Below are positions 8,376 to 18,050 of a DNA stretch of 64,000 bases, piece after piece; the stretch's first letter is position 1, and every line of letters begins with the position of its first letter. The position numbers and the translations under genes are program-made. Source of the stretch: Patescibacteria group bacterium (lineage in GTDB: Bacteria > Patescibacteriota > Microgenomatia > UBA1400 > PJMF01); contig BOKX01000001.1 in NCBI GenBank assembly GCA_016861205.1, positions 1,076,589-1,140,588 of the forward strand. Reading direction: 5' to 3'. A model generated the notes under the pieces. It ran no database searches. It was not told where the DNA came from and saw nothing but the letters and a program-made list of their open reading frames with translations.

Positions 8376-9170
8376 ATGGTGACATCCCCCCAAGAGTTAG
8401 TGGCTGCAAAAGCCCGAGCCCGTGAAATAGAGGGATTAGTTGATGATCCGATTACTGCTGCGATTGCCTATGAGTTATTACTGGCGTTGGTCCAAGAACA
8501 GGTAGCAGGGCATGATCAGGGTTCCAGTAGGTTGCCAGCCAAGGTTGACGGGTTACGATCTTACAAGGATGGAGAGCGAGTTTGGTTAGATGTTGACTAT
8601 CTGCCTCATCCAGGATGGTCTGGTCCGGGTGCTGAAACAGTCGCGGTCCAGCGTAATGATTCTGATGTACTGCCACTGAGTACACTGCGAACTGGCAGTG
8701 GAATGAGGACAGTGTCACTCGATCCCACGCTACCAGGAGAGGTAGTAGTTAGCTTTAGGGGTCCAAAAGGTGTTGAAGGTCAAGCAGCTCAGTTTGCTAA
8801 TCATGCTTTTACACTTGGGCGGACGCTCGAGCAAACTGCTAGTGATGCCTTAGTTGAAAAAATTGAAGATCAGGTTGATGCGAGTCGAACCGGTGGATTT
8901 TTGACAGATTGGCTGAGGTATCAGATCCACACTTTGTCGGCTCAAGTGTTGGAAATGGCCACACCTCCAGATACAAACAAAACATCACTGTTGTTAGCCC
9001 TCAACGGTAACGAACGCCACAGTTTGCAACAGTACCTGATTCTGCTACATGAGATGTTATCTGACATTATTCAGGTCAAACCTATAGCCGAGTTAACAGA
9101 TGAACTTCATCTGCTGGCTGAATTGACCACTGCAGTTAAGACGGTGACTCAAAGCATTGAGAAACAATAG
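8376..9170 (+). CDS. Hypothetical protein
   Basis: 264-aa ORF with AAGGAG RBS; no motif recognised. Confidence 0.75.
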   Translation: MVTSPQELVAAKARAREIEGLVDDPITAAIAYELLLALVQEQVAGHDQGSSRLPAKVDGLRSYKDGERVWLDVDYLPHPGWSGPGAETVAVQRNDSDVLPLSTLRTGSGMRTVSLDPTLPGEVVVSFRGPKGVEGQAAQFANHAFTLGRTLEQTASDALVEKIEDQVDASRTGGFLTDWLRYQIHTLSAQVLEMATPPDTNKTSLLLALNGNERHSLQQYLILLHEMLSDIIQVKPIAELTDELHLLAELTTAVKTVTQSIEKQ

Positions 9171-9201
9171 CTCAAGATTTGTTCCCGTTACTCGCAGTTA
9201 C

Positions 9202-9648
9202 TCACCGTAGCCAAAAAATGGTAGCTAGTGTTACCGCTTGTGGTGTCAGTCCTAGCACCATATTTGGAGTGGAGTGGTGCCAGTTTTGGTGAAAATCGTT
9301 GAAAGGCTTTAAAAAAGCCGGCTCCCACTTGAGAAAATTGCGAGGGGCTTCCATGAAGTCAGGTACCAGACCGACAAACGCCCCGATCCAGATATGCCAG
9401 CTTGGTCCCTGGCTGTTTGTTCGCCAAAATAAATAGACCAAAATTACTGAGACAGCTAACTCAACCAACTCCAACCCAATGGCCGTGGTTCGCTTTCGCC
9501 GCCCAGTACTCAGGCCAGTTCCCACATCCCAGTGGGGGATCCAATCCTCGAGATAATGTGAAGCAAAAACGAGCGGAATATACAGAATGGGGTGAGGTAA
9601 CTGGCTAGCGATGAACGCCCCTGTCAAGCTGTGAGAAATGGACAGCAT
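9202..9648 (-). CDS. Membrane-bound metal-dependent hydrolase-like protein
   Basis: H.LTG, SHYLEDWIPH, PD, HQNWH motifs among TM helices. Confidence 0.7.
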   Translation of the reverse strand: MLSISHSLTGAFIASQLPHPILYIPLVFASHYLEDWIPHWDVGTGLSTGRRKRTTAIGLELVELAVSVILVYLFWRTNSQGPSWHIWIGAFVGLVPDFMEAPRNFLKWEPAFLKPFNDFHQNWHHSTPNMVLGLTPQAVTLATIFWLR

Positions 9649-9732
9649 AGACGATTAGTATACCGCACCGAGCGCCAATTTTGCCTCCACCCAGTCGTTC
9701 ACTACACAGAACGTGATAAGATTACATGGTCT

Positions 9733-10533
9733 ATGTGGCCAATTTTGATTCGTTTCGGAAATTTTCAATTTACCACGCTGAGCTTGTTCATGATCTTAGC
9801 GGTGCTGGTGATCGCGTTTGTATTTTGGCGTAAAACGAAAGATGAGCACTATCAAGAAGAAGAGGCCTTCGATGCTTTTTTGTTGGCTGGTGTCGTGGGA
9901 TTGCTTATTGGGCGAGTGGCCTACGTGCTGTTGCAGTTGCCACGCTGGGGTCTCGATATTGCTAAGTGGTTTGATGTCATTAGCTATCCTGGCAGTATTC
10001 TGATTGCAACGGTGGTGGGAGCGGCTTGGTATCTGCGTCGCCAGGCAATCAAGCAGAAGTGGGATCCCTTTGAGTTGCTCGATTTCTGGGTGACTGCGGT
10101 TGCAGCGGGTTTAAGTGTGGTGTGGTTGGGTCTATTTTTCGATGGTAGCTACATCGGCGATCCAACCCGGATGCCGTGGGGGATTACGTTCCCAGGTTTG
10201 TTCGAAAAACACCATCCAGTACAGCTCTACTTGGCAGCCTATTTTTGGTTGGTTTTCTGGTACTTGAGCCAGGTTGAGTATAAGTATCGGACGTACGCCT
10301 GGTATCAGGGCAATCGCAACACAGCCCAAACGGGTTTTATCACGGCGATGTTTGCCATTTTGGTCAGTTTGGGTGGCTTGGTTTTCAGTTTGGTAGCACC
10401 TAGTTACTTGGTTGTCTTTGGAGTGCCTTTAGACGAGTTGCTGGCCGTGGTTGGTATGTTGTTTGGAGCCGGGCTGTTGTTTGTACGGTCAGGTCGGTCA
10501 TTGCGGCTCGGTCGGTCTGGACGACGAGTTTGA
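9733..10533 (+). CDS. lgt: Prolipoprotein diacylglyceryl transferase family protein (divergent)
   Basis: MWP....G, GR..YV, G.PT.MPWG..FP, HPVQLY; adjacent to lspA; signature residues degenerate. Confidence 0.8.
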   Translation: MWPILIRFGNFQFTTLSLFMILAVLVIAFVFWRKTKDEHYQEEEAFDAFLLAGVVGLLIGRVAYVLLQLPRWGLDIAKWFDVISYPGSILIATVVGAAWYLRRQAIKQKWDPFELLDFWVTAVAAGLSVVWLGLFFDGSYIGDPTRMPWGITFPGLFEKHHPVQLYLAAYFWLVFWYLSQVEYKYRTYAWYQGNRNTAQTGFITAMFAILVSLGGLVFSLVAPSYLVVFGVPLDELLAVVGMLFGAGLLFVRSGRSLRLGRSGRRV

Positions 10534-10554
10534 CCGACTGATACCTAAAAAACC

Positions 10555-10983
10555 ATGAATTCATTGCAGAACTCCATTTCTAGCTTTCGTTGGCCGATTG
10601 CGGCTTTTTTGGCATTAATTGTTACTGATGTAACAACCAAGGAATGGGCAACGCAGCAAGGCTGGAGCCAGCTGAATACGGGGGTGTCGTTTGGTCTGGG
10701 TGCTGAGTACACGAGCGTTGGCTGGATTTTGGTGACAGCGGTTATCTTAGTTTGGTTGACAGTCGCTTGGTGGCGAGAATCTGACCGATGGCGTTGGCCG
10801 CTAACCTGGTTGATTGCTGGAGGTTTTGGCAATCTTCTTGATAGAGTGGTGTGGGGCGGAGTGCGGGACTGGATTCCGTTGTGGCACACCGGAATAAGCA
10901 ACAATGCTGCCGATTGGTTTATTGCCATAGGTCTTGGTTGGTGGTTTGCGGTGTGGTATATCTCAGGACTACCAAGAAGTTGA
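10555..10983 (+). CDS. lspA: Signal peptidase II
   Basis: D..TK, NTGVSFG, GG.GNLLDR...G.VRDWI, N.AD. Confidence 0.9.
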   Translation: MNSLQNSISSFRWPIAAFLALIVTDVTTKEWATQQGWSQLNTGVSFGLGAEYTSVGWILVTAVILVWLTVAWWRESDRWRWPLTWLIAGGFGNLLDRVVWGGVRDWIPLWHTGISNNAADWFIAIGLGWWFAVWYISGLPRS

Positions 10984-10989
10984 GAGAGT

Positions 10990-11838
10990 ATGAACATATT
11001 GCCGAACGACATTTTATTTGAAGATAAAGATATTTTAGTCCTGAACAAACCAGCTGGCCTGGTTGTAAATCGGGCCGATACTACCAGTGAAGAAACGCTC
11101 CAAGATTGGTTGGCTGAACAAGTTATTGGCGACTGGAGCCAAACTTCTCGGGAAGCATGGTTGCCTTTGGTGCCATCTGAGTTCGCTGCTGAGTATGGTA
11201 CCCCTGAAGAAATTTTTGCTGAACGACTTGGTCTCGTGCATCGACTGGACAAAGAAACGAGTGGCGCCTTGGTACTGGCTAAAAACCCTGGAGCACTGGT
11301 CAATTTACTGGCTCAGTTTAAAAACCGCCAAGTGACCAAGCAATACTTGGCTTTGTGCCACGGTAAATTCGGAGTAGAGCACGATACACTCCATCTGCCA
11401 CTCGGGCGGGCTAGTCACAATCGCCAGCAGTTTGCGGTGCGACCGGACGGCCGGACAGCCGAGACCGAGTACCAAGTCCAGACCTTTTTTCCACATCTGG
11501 ATATCGAAAAGGTGATGGCTTTACCAACTGCCCAAGGTAGTGATATTCGGCGCAAAGCTAAGGTCTATCAGGGGTTTTCGCTGGTAGCCTGTTGGCCGCA
11601 TACTGGTCGCACCCACCAAATTCGGGTGCACCTGGCCCATATCAAACATCCGTTGGTGGGGGATGCTGTCTACGTTGGCAAAAAACGCCAAAGTCTTGAC
11701 GCAGCCTGGTGCCCTCGCCACTTTTTGCACGCGGCCGAGCTGAGTTTTAAACACCCTAGGACGGACCAAACTGTGCATATCTCAGCGCCGCTGACGCCTG
11801 ATTTGGGAGCAGTTTTGGAGTTGTTACTTCGAGATTAA
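10990..11838 (+). CDS. RluA/RluD family pseudouridine synthase
   Basis: NKPAG, VHRLDKETSG, TGRTHQIRVH, LHA. Confidence 0.95.
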   Translation: MNILPNDILFEDKDILVLNKPAGLVVNRADTTSEETLQDWLAEQVIGDWSQTSREAWLPLVPSEFAAEYGTPEEIFAERLGLVHRLDKETSGALVLAKNPGALVNLLAQFKNRQVTKQYLALCHGKFGVEHDTLHLPLGRASHNRQQFAVRPDGRTAETEYQVQTFFPHLDIEKVMALPTAQGSDIRRKAKVYQGFSLVACWPHTGRTHQIRVHLAHIKHPLVGDAVYVGKKRQSLDAAWCPRHFLHAAELSFKHPRTDQTVHISAPLTPDLGAVLELLLRD

Positions 11839-11860
11839 TTGACAGCCTTAGTTTTGGGAC

Positions 11861-12006
11861 TTGCATACATCACGGATGTGCATTTATAATGCCCAATCTA
11901 GTGCCAGTCACTAGTTTTTTTTTGCCAACTAAACTTCATCAAGAACTGATGACACCAATCAGTTCAAACTCAATGTTTATCCTCGCAGACCGCGGGGATT
12001 TTTTTT
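11861..12006 (+). promoter_or_regulatory. Promoter plus a leader with two terminator-like hairpins
   Basis: TTGCAT-N18-TATAAT; CTAGTG/CACTAG+T9 (11898-11923); GAACTGAT/ATCAGTTC; ATCCTCGC/GCGGGGAT+T run (11979-12006). Confidence 0.55.
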
Positions 12007-12032
12007 ATCTAAAGAGACTAAGGTAACTCAGC

Positions 12033-12998
12033 ATGACTAACTCAGGCGAACATACCACCAACTTTTCTGCGGCCCAAATGACCGATTGGGTGGGAACCAC
12101 GGGCGCCCCGAACCGCAAGCGTGGTATCAGTCAGATGGTACGGAATTGGCACGGCGATCAGGCGCGAACGCATTTCTTTAATCCTGAAAAAGATTGCGGT
12201 GTGCCAGAGTCCAGCGAACGAGCTGCGGTGCAAGTAGCTTGGCAAAAACTGGGAGTGATTTTGGCAGCGCTTAATGTGCCAACAATCAGCACCTGGCCAC
12301 ACTGGCTCGATCAGGTCATTCCGATTTCTGATGAACGGCGAGCCGAGCTCAGATTGGGCGAGCTGCCAATCGGGTTTTGGGCAGGGGACATTGTCACAAT
12401 TCCTGGCCATAATCCTGACACCATTATGGAAGAGGCTGAGCTCGTTCGATTGGCATATGAACTCGATAAGTTGCCACCTGGCGATTACGCCGCGCGCTAC
12501 AACGCCATTTCGGCCGACAAGAAACGAATGCGCGAACTGTACTGCGAAAAACCCTACTTCTATACCTACTTTAACGTCGGTACAGCCTGGTGGGTGAACA
12601 TGGTTGATGGATCGGTGCCAGCGGCCATGGCTGGGGCTAGTAGTGTCGAGTTCATGGTCAAGTACCGACGCATTCCACATCGAGTTTTGAATGAAGCCTA
12701 CCGCCCAGGCGGATCAGTAGCCCAGTCAGGTCCACGACTTGATTTAGCTTCACTGGCAGCTGAGTACGCGGAAAGCATTATGATTCGAAATAGTGGTGAG
12801 AGCGATGCTGATTGGCAGCCAACCACGCCAGAAGTGTTGGTCATGTTTGCTCGAGCCAGTGTGATGCCTGAACCACAGCTGAGCCAGTTTTTGATAGGTG
12901 GTAGCCCATTTGAGATGTATCCTGCCTTAGCACCCAGTATTATGGCTCTAGACTGGTCACAGCCACCCATAACTGAGTCTGAGGTTGTGGCTGTATAA
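12033..12998 (+). CDS. Highly divergent Maf-like nucleotide pyrophosphatase
   Basis: TTGAPNRK ~ ASxSPRR; VAWQK ~ LA..K; WAGDIV ~ aaDTvV; DKLP ~ KP; V.YRRI...L...Y ~ V.F..l....Y. Confidence 0.5.
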   Translation: MTNSGEHTTNFSAAQMTDWVGTTGAPNRKRGISQMVRNWHGDQARTHFFNPEKDCGVPESSERAAVQVAWQKLGVILAALNVPTISTWPHWLDQVIPISDERRAELRLGELPIGFWAGDIVTIPGHNPDTIMEEAELVRLAYELDKLPPGDYAARYNAISADKKRMRELYCEKPYFYTYFNVGTAWWVNMVDGSVPAAMAGASSVEFMVKYRRIPHRVLNEAYRPGGSVAQSGPRLDLASLAAEYAESIMIRNSGESDADWQPTTPEVLVMFARASVMPEPQLSQFLIGGSPFEMYPALAPSIMALDWSQPPITESEVVAV

Positions 12999-13009
12999 TA
13001 GCCGGAATT

Positions 13010-13297
13010 ATGGATATGACCTACGAACGATTAGCCCAATACATTCCTGCGGAAAGTCGGGTGCTCCGCGATACATTGGACGGCGGATTTACCTGGATGC
13101 GATTGTTGTTACCCAGCTTAATGGGCGTGGATTGTGAAGTTGATCTAGGCGAACAATTGGAAATTGATAACTGGGGCGAAGCTATTGTGATTGTCTACTG
13201 TTTGCGACTCGGTTTGAGTGAAAATGAGGGTGCCCAAATTTGCAAGAAACTGAGAGAAGTTTTACCAACCAAACACATTACTGACGTAGCGGCTTAG
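13010..13297 (+). CDS. Hypothetical protein
   Basis: 95-aa ORF co-oriented within the gene run. Confidence 0.6.
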   Translation: MDMTYERLAQYIPAESRVLRDTLDGGFTWMRLLLPSLMGVDCEVDLGEQLEIDNWGEAIVIVYCLRLGLSENEGAQICKKLREVLPTKHITDVAA

Positions 13298-13340
13298 CCA
13301 GCCGAGGCTAGCCGACTTCTAACAGGGAGGAAGGACAGGT

Positions 13341-13979
13341 ATGGCTAGTAGTTCTCGAGTCACCATTGTTGATCATCCTTTTGTCATTGATTCATTGTCA
13401 CATTTACGCGATAAGCAGACGAAAGTCGACAAGTTCCGTCGTCACAGTGACCGCATTTGTACGTTGCTCTTTGCCGAAGCGATTCGCGGTCTGGATTTCC
13501 AAACTGTAACTATCGAAACCCCGTTGAAAGCCATGCAGACGCAAAAACTGGCCGATGAAGTGGTGGTGGTACCAGTTTTGCGTTCTGGTATCTGCATGTT
13601 GTTCGGGGCACTGGAGTTGCTGCCCAAGTCCAAAATTGGCTTTGTGGGACTCGAGCGTGACGAGAAAACGGCAGTGGCTAGTGAGTATTACTGGAAGTTG
13701 CCCAAAATCACATCGAGTAGTGTGGTGATTGTGACTGACCCGATGTTGGCCACTGGTGGCTCGATTTTGCACCTTTTGCGCCGAGTGGCTCAGGAGAAAC
13801 CCAAGCAAATCCGCGTGGTATCAGTCATCGCAGCCCCTGAGGGCATCGCCGCAATTCACCAAGAGTTTCCGGAAGTTGAGATTTTTGTGGGGTCAGTTGA
13901 TGAGTCACTCAATGACCAAAAATACATTGTGCCAGGCCTAGGTGACTATGGTGATCGATATTTTGGTACCGTCGAATGA
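13341..13979 (+). CDS. upp: Uracil phosphoribosyltransferase
   Basis: LRDK, VPVLRSG, RDE.TA, DPMLATGGS, YIVPGLGDYGDRYFGT. Confidence 0.97.
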   Translation: MASSSRVTIVDHPFVIDSLSHLRDKQTKVDKFRRHSDRICTLLFAEAIRGLDFQTVTIETPLKAMQTQKLADEVVVVPVLRSGICMLFGALELLPKSKIGFVGLERDEKTAVASEYYWKLPKITSSSVVIVTDPMLATGGSILHLLRRVAQEKPKQIRVVSVIAAPEGIAAIHQEFPEVEIFVGSVDESLNDQKYIVPGLGDYGDRYFGTVE

Positions 13980-14018
13980 GATTAGCCAACGCGCCAGTTT
14001 CTAAGGTATAGTGCAAGT

Positions 14019-14807
14019 ATGCACACCGAAAACCAAGCCACCTCTATCTTGCAACAACGTATCAAGTCCATGCCGAGTCAACTCGCTATTTTGGGGAGTG
14101 GCTGGAGTCGCGTGCTTGAAGGAGCTGAGATCGAGGCCGAGGTAGGTTTTCAAGAGTGGTTGGGGGTGTCAGCTAGTGTGCCAGGTCATGACGGCAAACT
14201 GGTGATTGCGAAGCTGAATGGTCACCGAGTTGCGATCATGGCTGGCCGTCTGCATACCTACGAAGGGTACACAGCCGAGCAAGTTACGTTGCCGATTCGA
14301 GTTTTGGCGGCTGCCGGAGTAACTGAACTCCTGGTTACAGCGGCCTGTGGAGGCTTAAATCCAGAGTACCAGGTGGGTGACTTTGTGATTCTCAATGATG
14401 TGATGACGCTGTTTTTGGCTTTGGATAATCCGTTGGTGGGGCCAAAATTCTTGGATATGTCGGCTGTCTTTGATGTCGAGCTGCGGGCAAAAGCCAAGGC
14501 CATCATGACTAAACACCAAATCCGTTTCCAAGAGGGAAGTTACTGTTACTACCACGGTCCCAACTACGAGAGCCCAGTCGACAAACGAGCGCTCCACATC
14601 TTGGGAGCCGATGTGGTTGGGATGAGTACCGTGCCGGAAGTCCTGGTGGCTCGATGGTTAAAGCTGAAAGTAACTGGACTCGCGTTTGTGACTAACCTGG
14701 CCTTTGTGAAACACGACCATAAAGAAGTTTTGGCTGCCGCTGAAGCAGCCAGTAGTCAGATGGTGACGGTGCTACAGGAATTTCTGACCTCAGCATCGGA
14801 AAACTAA
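14019..14807 (+). CDS. Purine-nucleoside phosphorylase (trimeric PunA/XapA type)
   Basis: ILGSG, VPGH.G, GRLH.YEG, GPNYES, VGMSTVPE, VTN. Confidence 0.95.
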   Translation: MHTENQATSILQQRIKSMPSQLAILGSGWSRVLEGAEIEAEVGFQEWLGVSASVPGHDGKLVIAKLNGHRVAIMAGRLHTYEGYTAEQVTLPIRVLAAAGVTELLVTAACGGLNPEYQVGDFVILNDVMTLFLALDNPLVGPKFLDMSAVFDVELRAKAKAIMTKHQIRFQEGSYCYYHGPNYESPVDKRALHILGADVVGMSTVPEVLVARWLKLKVTGLAFVTNLAFVKHDHKEVLAAAEAASSQMVTVLQEFLTSASEN

Positions 14808-15050
14808 CGTATTTTCGCTACGTGTTGGAGAATGACTTTCTAAAATTCGAAAACACTTACCAAAAATGGTTCTGGTCAAATCCGGCAAAGTAGTGTTTAA
14901 TACACAACCAATACATAGAAAAGGCGAGAGCACCCGACTTTCGCTCCCAAGCTACGAACCCCGCCGGCCCAGTGGGGGGACACCAAGTCGAGCTGAACAG
15001 AACGGTGTTTTTTTTGTACACTGGTCTGTAGTAGCTGACACCAAGCTGAC

Positions 15051-15653
15051 ATGACATCGGCCACCAAACTAGCTTTCCTTCGTCAACGGTTTCTCGAAAC
15101 AGCGTTTATCAAAGATGCGGCCAAAGGCTATATTGTCGCGGCTGAGTTCAACGTCACGATCGATCCTGATATTTTGCAACTGGCCTCAGAATGCTGGGCC
15201 GATCACTTCCGGCAGTTGGGTCACATTGATGCCATTGCCGGCTTGCCAGATGCTGGAAATCGTCTAGTCTCTAAGCTTGCTGACATACTCCGCATTCCGG
15301 TAATTCTGCCTACTAAACGGGCTGCAGTCACACCAGGTTCGTGGGTGAATGTTGTCAGTTATCACAATGATTCTTTTACCACGGGCCAAACCCAAGTTCT
15401 GAGTCATATCGGTTTTGTAAAACCAGGTATGAAAGTGCTTTTGATTGATGATGTGATTGCACACGGTGATACCGCCATAGCTGCGATTTCTGCGCTCCAA
15501 GCAGCTGGGGCAGAGGTAGTGGGGCTGGGAGTCATGTTTGATAAAGCTTGGCAAGGTGGGCTAGCAGCGATTGAGTTACAAACCAAGCTCAAACCACACT
15601 CATTGATTAGTATTACAGAGCTAGCTGGTGAAAAAATAATTTTGGATACCTAA
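15051..15653 (+). CDS. Type I phosphoribosyltransferase (Xpt/Apt-like)
   Basis: VLLIDDVIAHGDT PRPP loop; N..IDP. Confidence 0.85.
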   Translation: MTSATKLAFLRQRFLETAFIKDAAKGYIVAAEFNVTIDPDILQLASECWADHFRQLGHIDAIAGLPDAGNRLVSKLADILRIPVILPTKRAAVTPGSWVNVVSYHNDSFTTGQTQVLSHIGFVKPGMKVLLIDDVIAHGDTAIAAISALQAAGAEVVGLGVMFDKAWQGGLAAIELQTKLKPHSLISITELAGEKIILDT

Positions 15654-15654
15654 G

Positions 15655-16206
15655 ATGATCCGGGAACAAGCACCATATTCGCAACAGCTCAAGGATCAAC
15701 CTCAGGATTTAGCGCGATTATTTTTTGAAGTTAGCATGCAGCATCCGGCTAACGTTGTACAACAGGCACTCGCCATCACTCGAGCCAGCTTAGGCGCAGG
15801 AGTCACTTTTTCTCAAGACACATTTTCGCAAGCTGCAGACCTCATTGTTAGTCGCCAAAAAACCATCGAAAACGCGCATCAGGCCAAGGGTGTGAGCGTC
15901 AAGTTGTCAGCTACTAAAATCCAGGAGGTGTTCGAGGAAGTGATGAACCTGAGCCACATTCTGCGACGGCTGGCTGATCAAGATGCAGAAGTGCTGGCCG
16001 CTTTTACCCAAGAAATGGCTTCCCGTGAGGCTGCTTATCAGCAAGTCCGTTTAGACAGAGATCCAGTTAAGACTGGTGATGAGCACGAGTACTACGTCAG
16101 TATGGCCTACGAAAGCGCCAAAAAAATAGCTCGACAAGCGGGGGTATCGATCAGCGATCTGTTACCCCGAGAACCTGATATATATGATCCCGATGAGTAT
16201 CGGTAA
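15655..16206 (+). CDS. Hypothetical protein
   Basis: 183-aa helical ORF tightly coupled to its neighbours. Confidence 0.7.
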   Translation: MIREQAPYSQQLKDQPQDLARLFFEVSMQHPANVVQQALAITRASLGAGVTFSQDTFSQAADLIVSRQKTIENAHQAKGVSVKLSATKIQEVFEEVMNLSHILRRLADQDAEVLAAFTQEMASREAAYQQVRLDRDPVKTGDEHEYYVSMAYESAKKIARQAGVSISDLLPREPDIYDPDEYR

Positions 16207-16230
16207 CACCTGAGAAGGGGAAAAGACATT

Positions 16231-17745
16231 ATGATTCTGATCGTCGATTTTGGCTCTCAAACAGCCCACTTGATTGGTCGCCGACTGCGGCAGCTTGGGA
16301 TTGAGTATCGCTATATCGATCCAGAAACGGTGATGTCTGAGGTCAAGGCGCATCAACCGACCGGTCTGATTTTATCAGGCAGTCCAGCCTTTGTGACCAA
16401 TGAGACTCGAATTGATATTGATTCCAAAATCTATGATCTGGGGATTCCGATTCTCGGGATTTGTTATGGTTGGCAGTTAATGGCCGACCAACTGGGAGGT
16501 ACTGTTAGTGGGGCATATCGCGAATATGGTCCAGAAAAGTTACTGGTTAAAAAAGCCAAGCTTGGTTTGAAAGCACAGAATTATCAAGTCATTATGTCGC
16601 ATGGTAGCTCAGTCACGAAACTGCCAGCCGGCTTTAGTGTTGTCGGGCAAACTGAACAGGGTGAACACGCCATGGCCATGAACCCAACCAAAAAATGGTA
16701 CGGGGTCCAGTTTCATCCAGAAGCTGACCACACCGAAGGTGGCTTGGAGTTATTGGCTGACTTTGCGCTCAAAGAGTGCGGTGAAACAGCTCAACCGCTC
16801 GATTTGAACCCTGAGCACCTGATTGCTGAACTCAAGCAACAACTGGGCGACACCGCTCAAGTCTTATGCGCTGTGTCCGGTGGAGTGGACTCGACCGTGG
16901 CCGCTTTTCTCCTTGGCAAAGCTATTGGTAAGCGCTTAGTTCCAGTCTATGTGGAGAGTGGTTTAATGCGAGAAGGCACAGTCGAGCGAGTCAAGGCTAT
17001 TTTCACCAAACAAGTAAAGGCAAGTCTCGTGGTGATCGACGCCCGTAAAGAATTTATGACTGCACTCAAAGGGGTGACTGACCCCGAGCAGAAACGCAAG
17101 GCGATCGGTAAGCTTTACGTTGAGCTTTTTCAAAAAGAAGCAGCCAAACATCCGGCTGTCGAGTACTTGGGACAGGGGACTATTTACTCTGATGTCATCG
17201 AGTCCAAAGGTTCCAAACATGCCTCACAAATCAAGTCACATCACAACGTGGGTGGTTTGCCGAAAGACATGAAACTCAAACTGATCGAGCCACTACGGAG
17301 TTTTTACAAAGATGAAGTTAGAGAGTTGGGGCGAAGAGCCGGGTTGCCTGAAGAATTGGTGATGGAACAACCATTTCCTGGTCCAGGTTATGCCATTCGA
17401 GTGCGGGGTGAAGTGACGCCCGAGCGGTTGGCCCAAGTAAAGCAAGCTGACCAAATTGTGATCGAAGAAATCACAGCCGCCGGACTCTACGATAAAGTGT
17501 TTCAGTGTTTTGCCATTATGTCTGGAGCGATGAGCACCGCGGTCAAGGGTGATGAGCGAGTGTTTGCCGAAGTCGTTGCCATTCGGGCTTATGAATCCAA
17601 TGACATCATGACTTCCCAGTGGGCACACTTGCCCCATCAAGTTTTGGAGCGCCTATCCCGGCGAATTGTTAATGAAGTACCTCAAGTGTCGCGGGTGGTG
17701 TATGACATTACTACCAAACCACCTGCCACTATGGAGTGGGAGTAA
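16231..17745 (+). CDS. guaA: GMP synthase (glutamine-hydrolysing)
   Basis: DFGSQ, GICYG, QFHPE, SGGVDS, IKSHHNVGG, KPPATMEWE. Confidence 0.98.
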   Translation: MILIVDFGSQTAHLIGRRLRQLGIEYRYIDPETVMSEVKAHQPTGLILSGSPAFVTNETRIDIDSKIYDLGIPILGICYGWQLMADQLGGTVSGAYREYGPEKLLVKKAKLGLKAQNYQVIMSHGSSVTKLPAGFSVVGQTEQGEHAMAMNPTKKWYGVQFHPEADHTEGGLELLADFALKECGETAQPLDLNPEHLIAELKQQLGDTAQVLCAVSGGVDSTVAAFLLGKAIGKRLVPVYVESGLMREGTVERVKAIFTKQVKASLVVIDARKEFMTALKGVTDPEQKRKAIGKLYVELFQKEAAKHPAVEYLGQGTIYSDVIESKGSKHASQIKSHHNVGGLPKDMKLKLIEPLRSFYKDEVRELGRRAGLPEELVMEQPFPGPGYAIRVRGEVTPERLAQVKQADQIVIEEITAAGLYDKVFQCFAIMSGAMSTAVKGDERVFAEVVAIRAYESNDIMTSQWAHLPHQVLERLSRRIVNEVPQVSRVVYDITTKPPATMEWE

Positions 17746-17747
17746 TT

Positions 17748-18050
17748 ATGAGTTTAAGTCACATGAACCGCATTGAAGGTGAAAAAAACATTGCCAAACA
17801 ATGTTTTGTAAAACAGACAGTTCTCGAACAGTATGAACACGTGTTGCCATGGATTCATGACGCCCTACAGGGAGTCAACTTAGTTGGCTTGCCGACTGAA
17901 ACAAAGTATGCTCTAGTTTGGTCACACGCCAAAAATGCTTTAAGTGAAGCAGGACTTGAACACCCAGAGGGACTGACTCGTCCCATTACGATGCTGTACT
18001 GTTTAGTGTATGGGTGGGTTCCTCCAGAGGAAATTGGGATAACTCTCTAA
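17748..18050 (+). CDS. Hypothetical protein
   Basis: About 100-aa ORF starting 2 nt after the guaA stop. Confidence 0.55.
   Translation: MSLSHMNRIEGEKNIAKQCFVKQTVLEQYEHVLPWIHDALQGVNLVGLPTETKYALVWSHAKNALSEAGLEHPEGLTRPITMLYCLVYGWVPPEEIGITL

Noticed and set aside
10545-11303. 252-aa antisense ORF
   Set aside because: Antisense to the well-supported lspA and pseudouridine synthase; no motifs
11943-11956. CTGATGAC resembling the 3' end of a fluoride riboswitch
   Set aside because: The 5' GATGG pseudoknot partner is missing and the downstream genes do not fit
12042-12680. 212-aa antisense ORF
   Set aside because: The plus-strand ORF has a promoter, operon context and Maf-like motifs
14866-15054. 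62-aa ORF as a leader peptide
   Set aside because: No regulatory codon run or RBS; it crosses the hairpins and T-run
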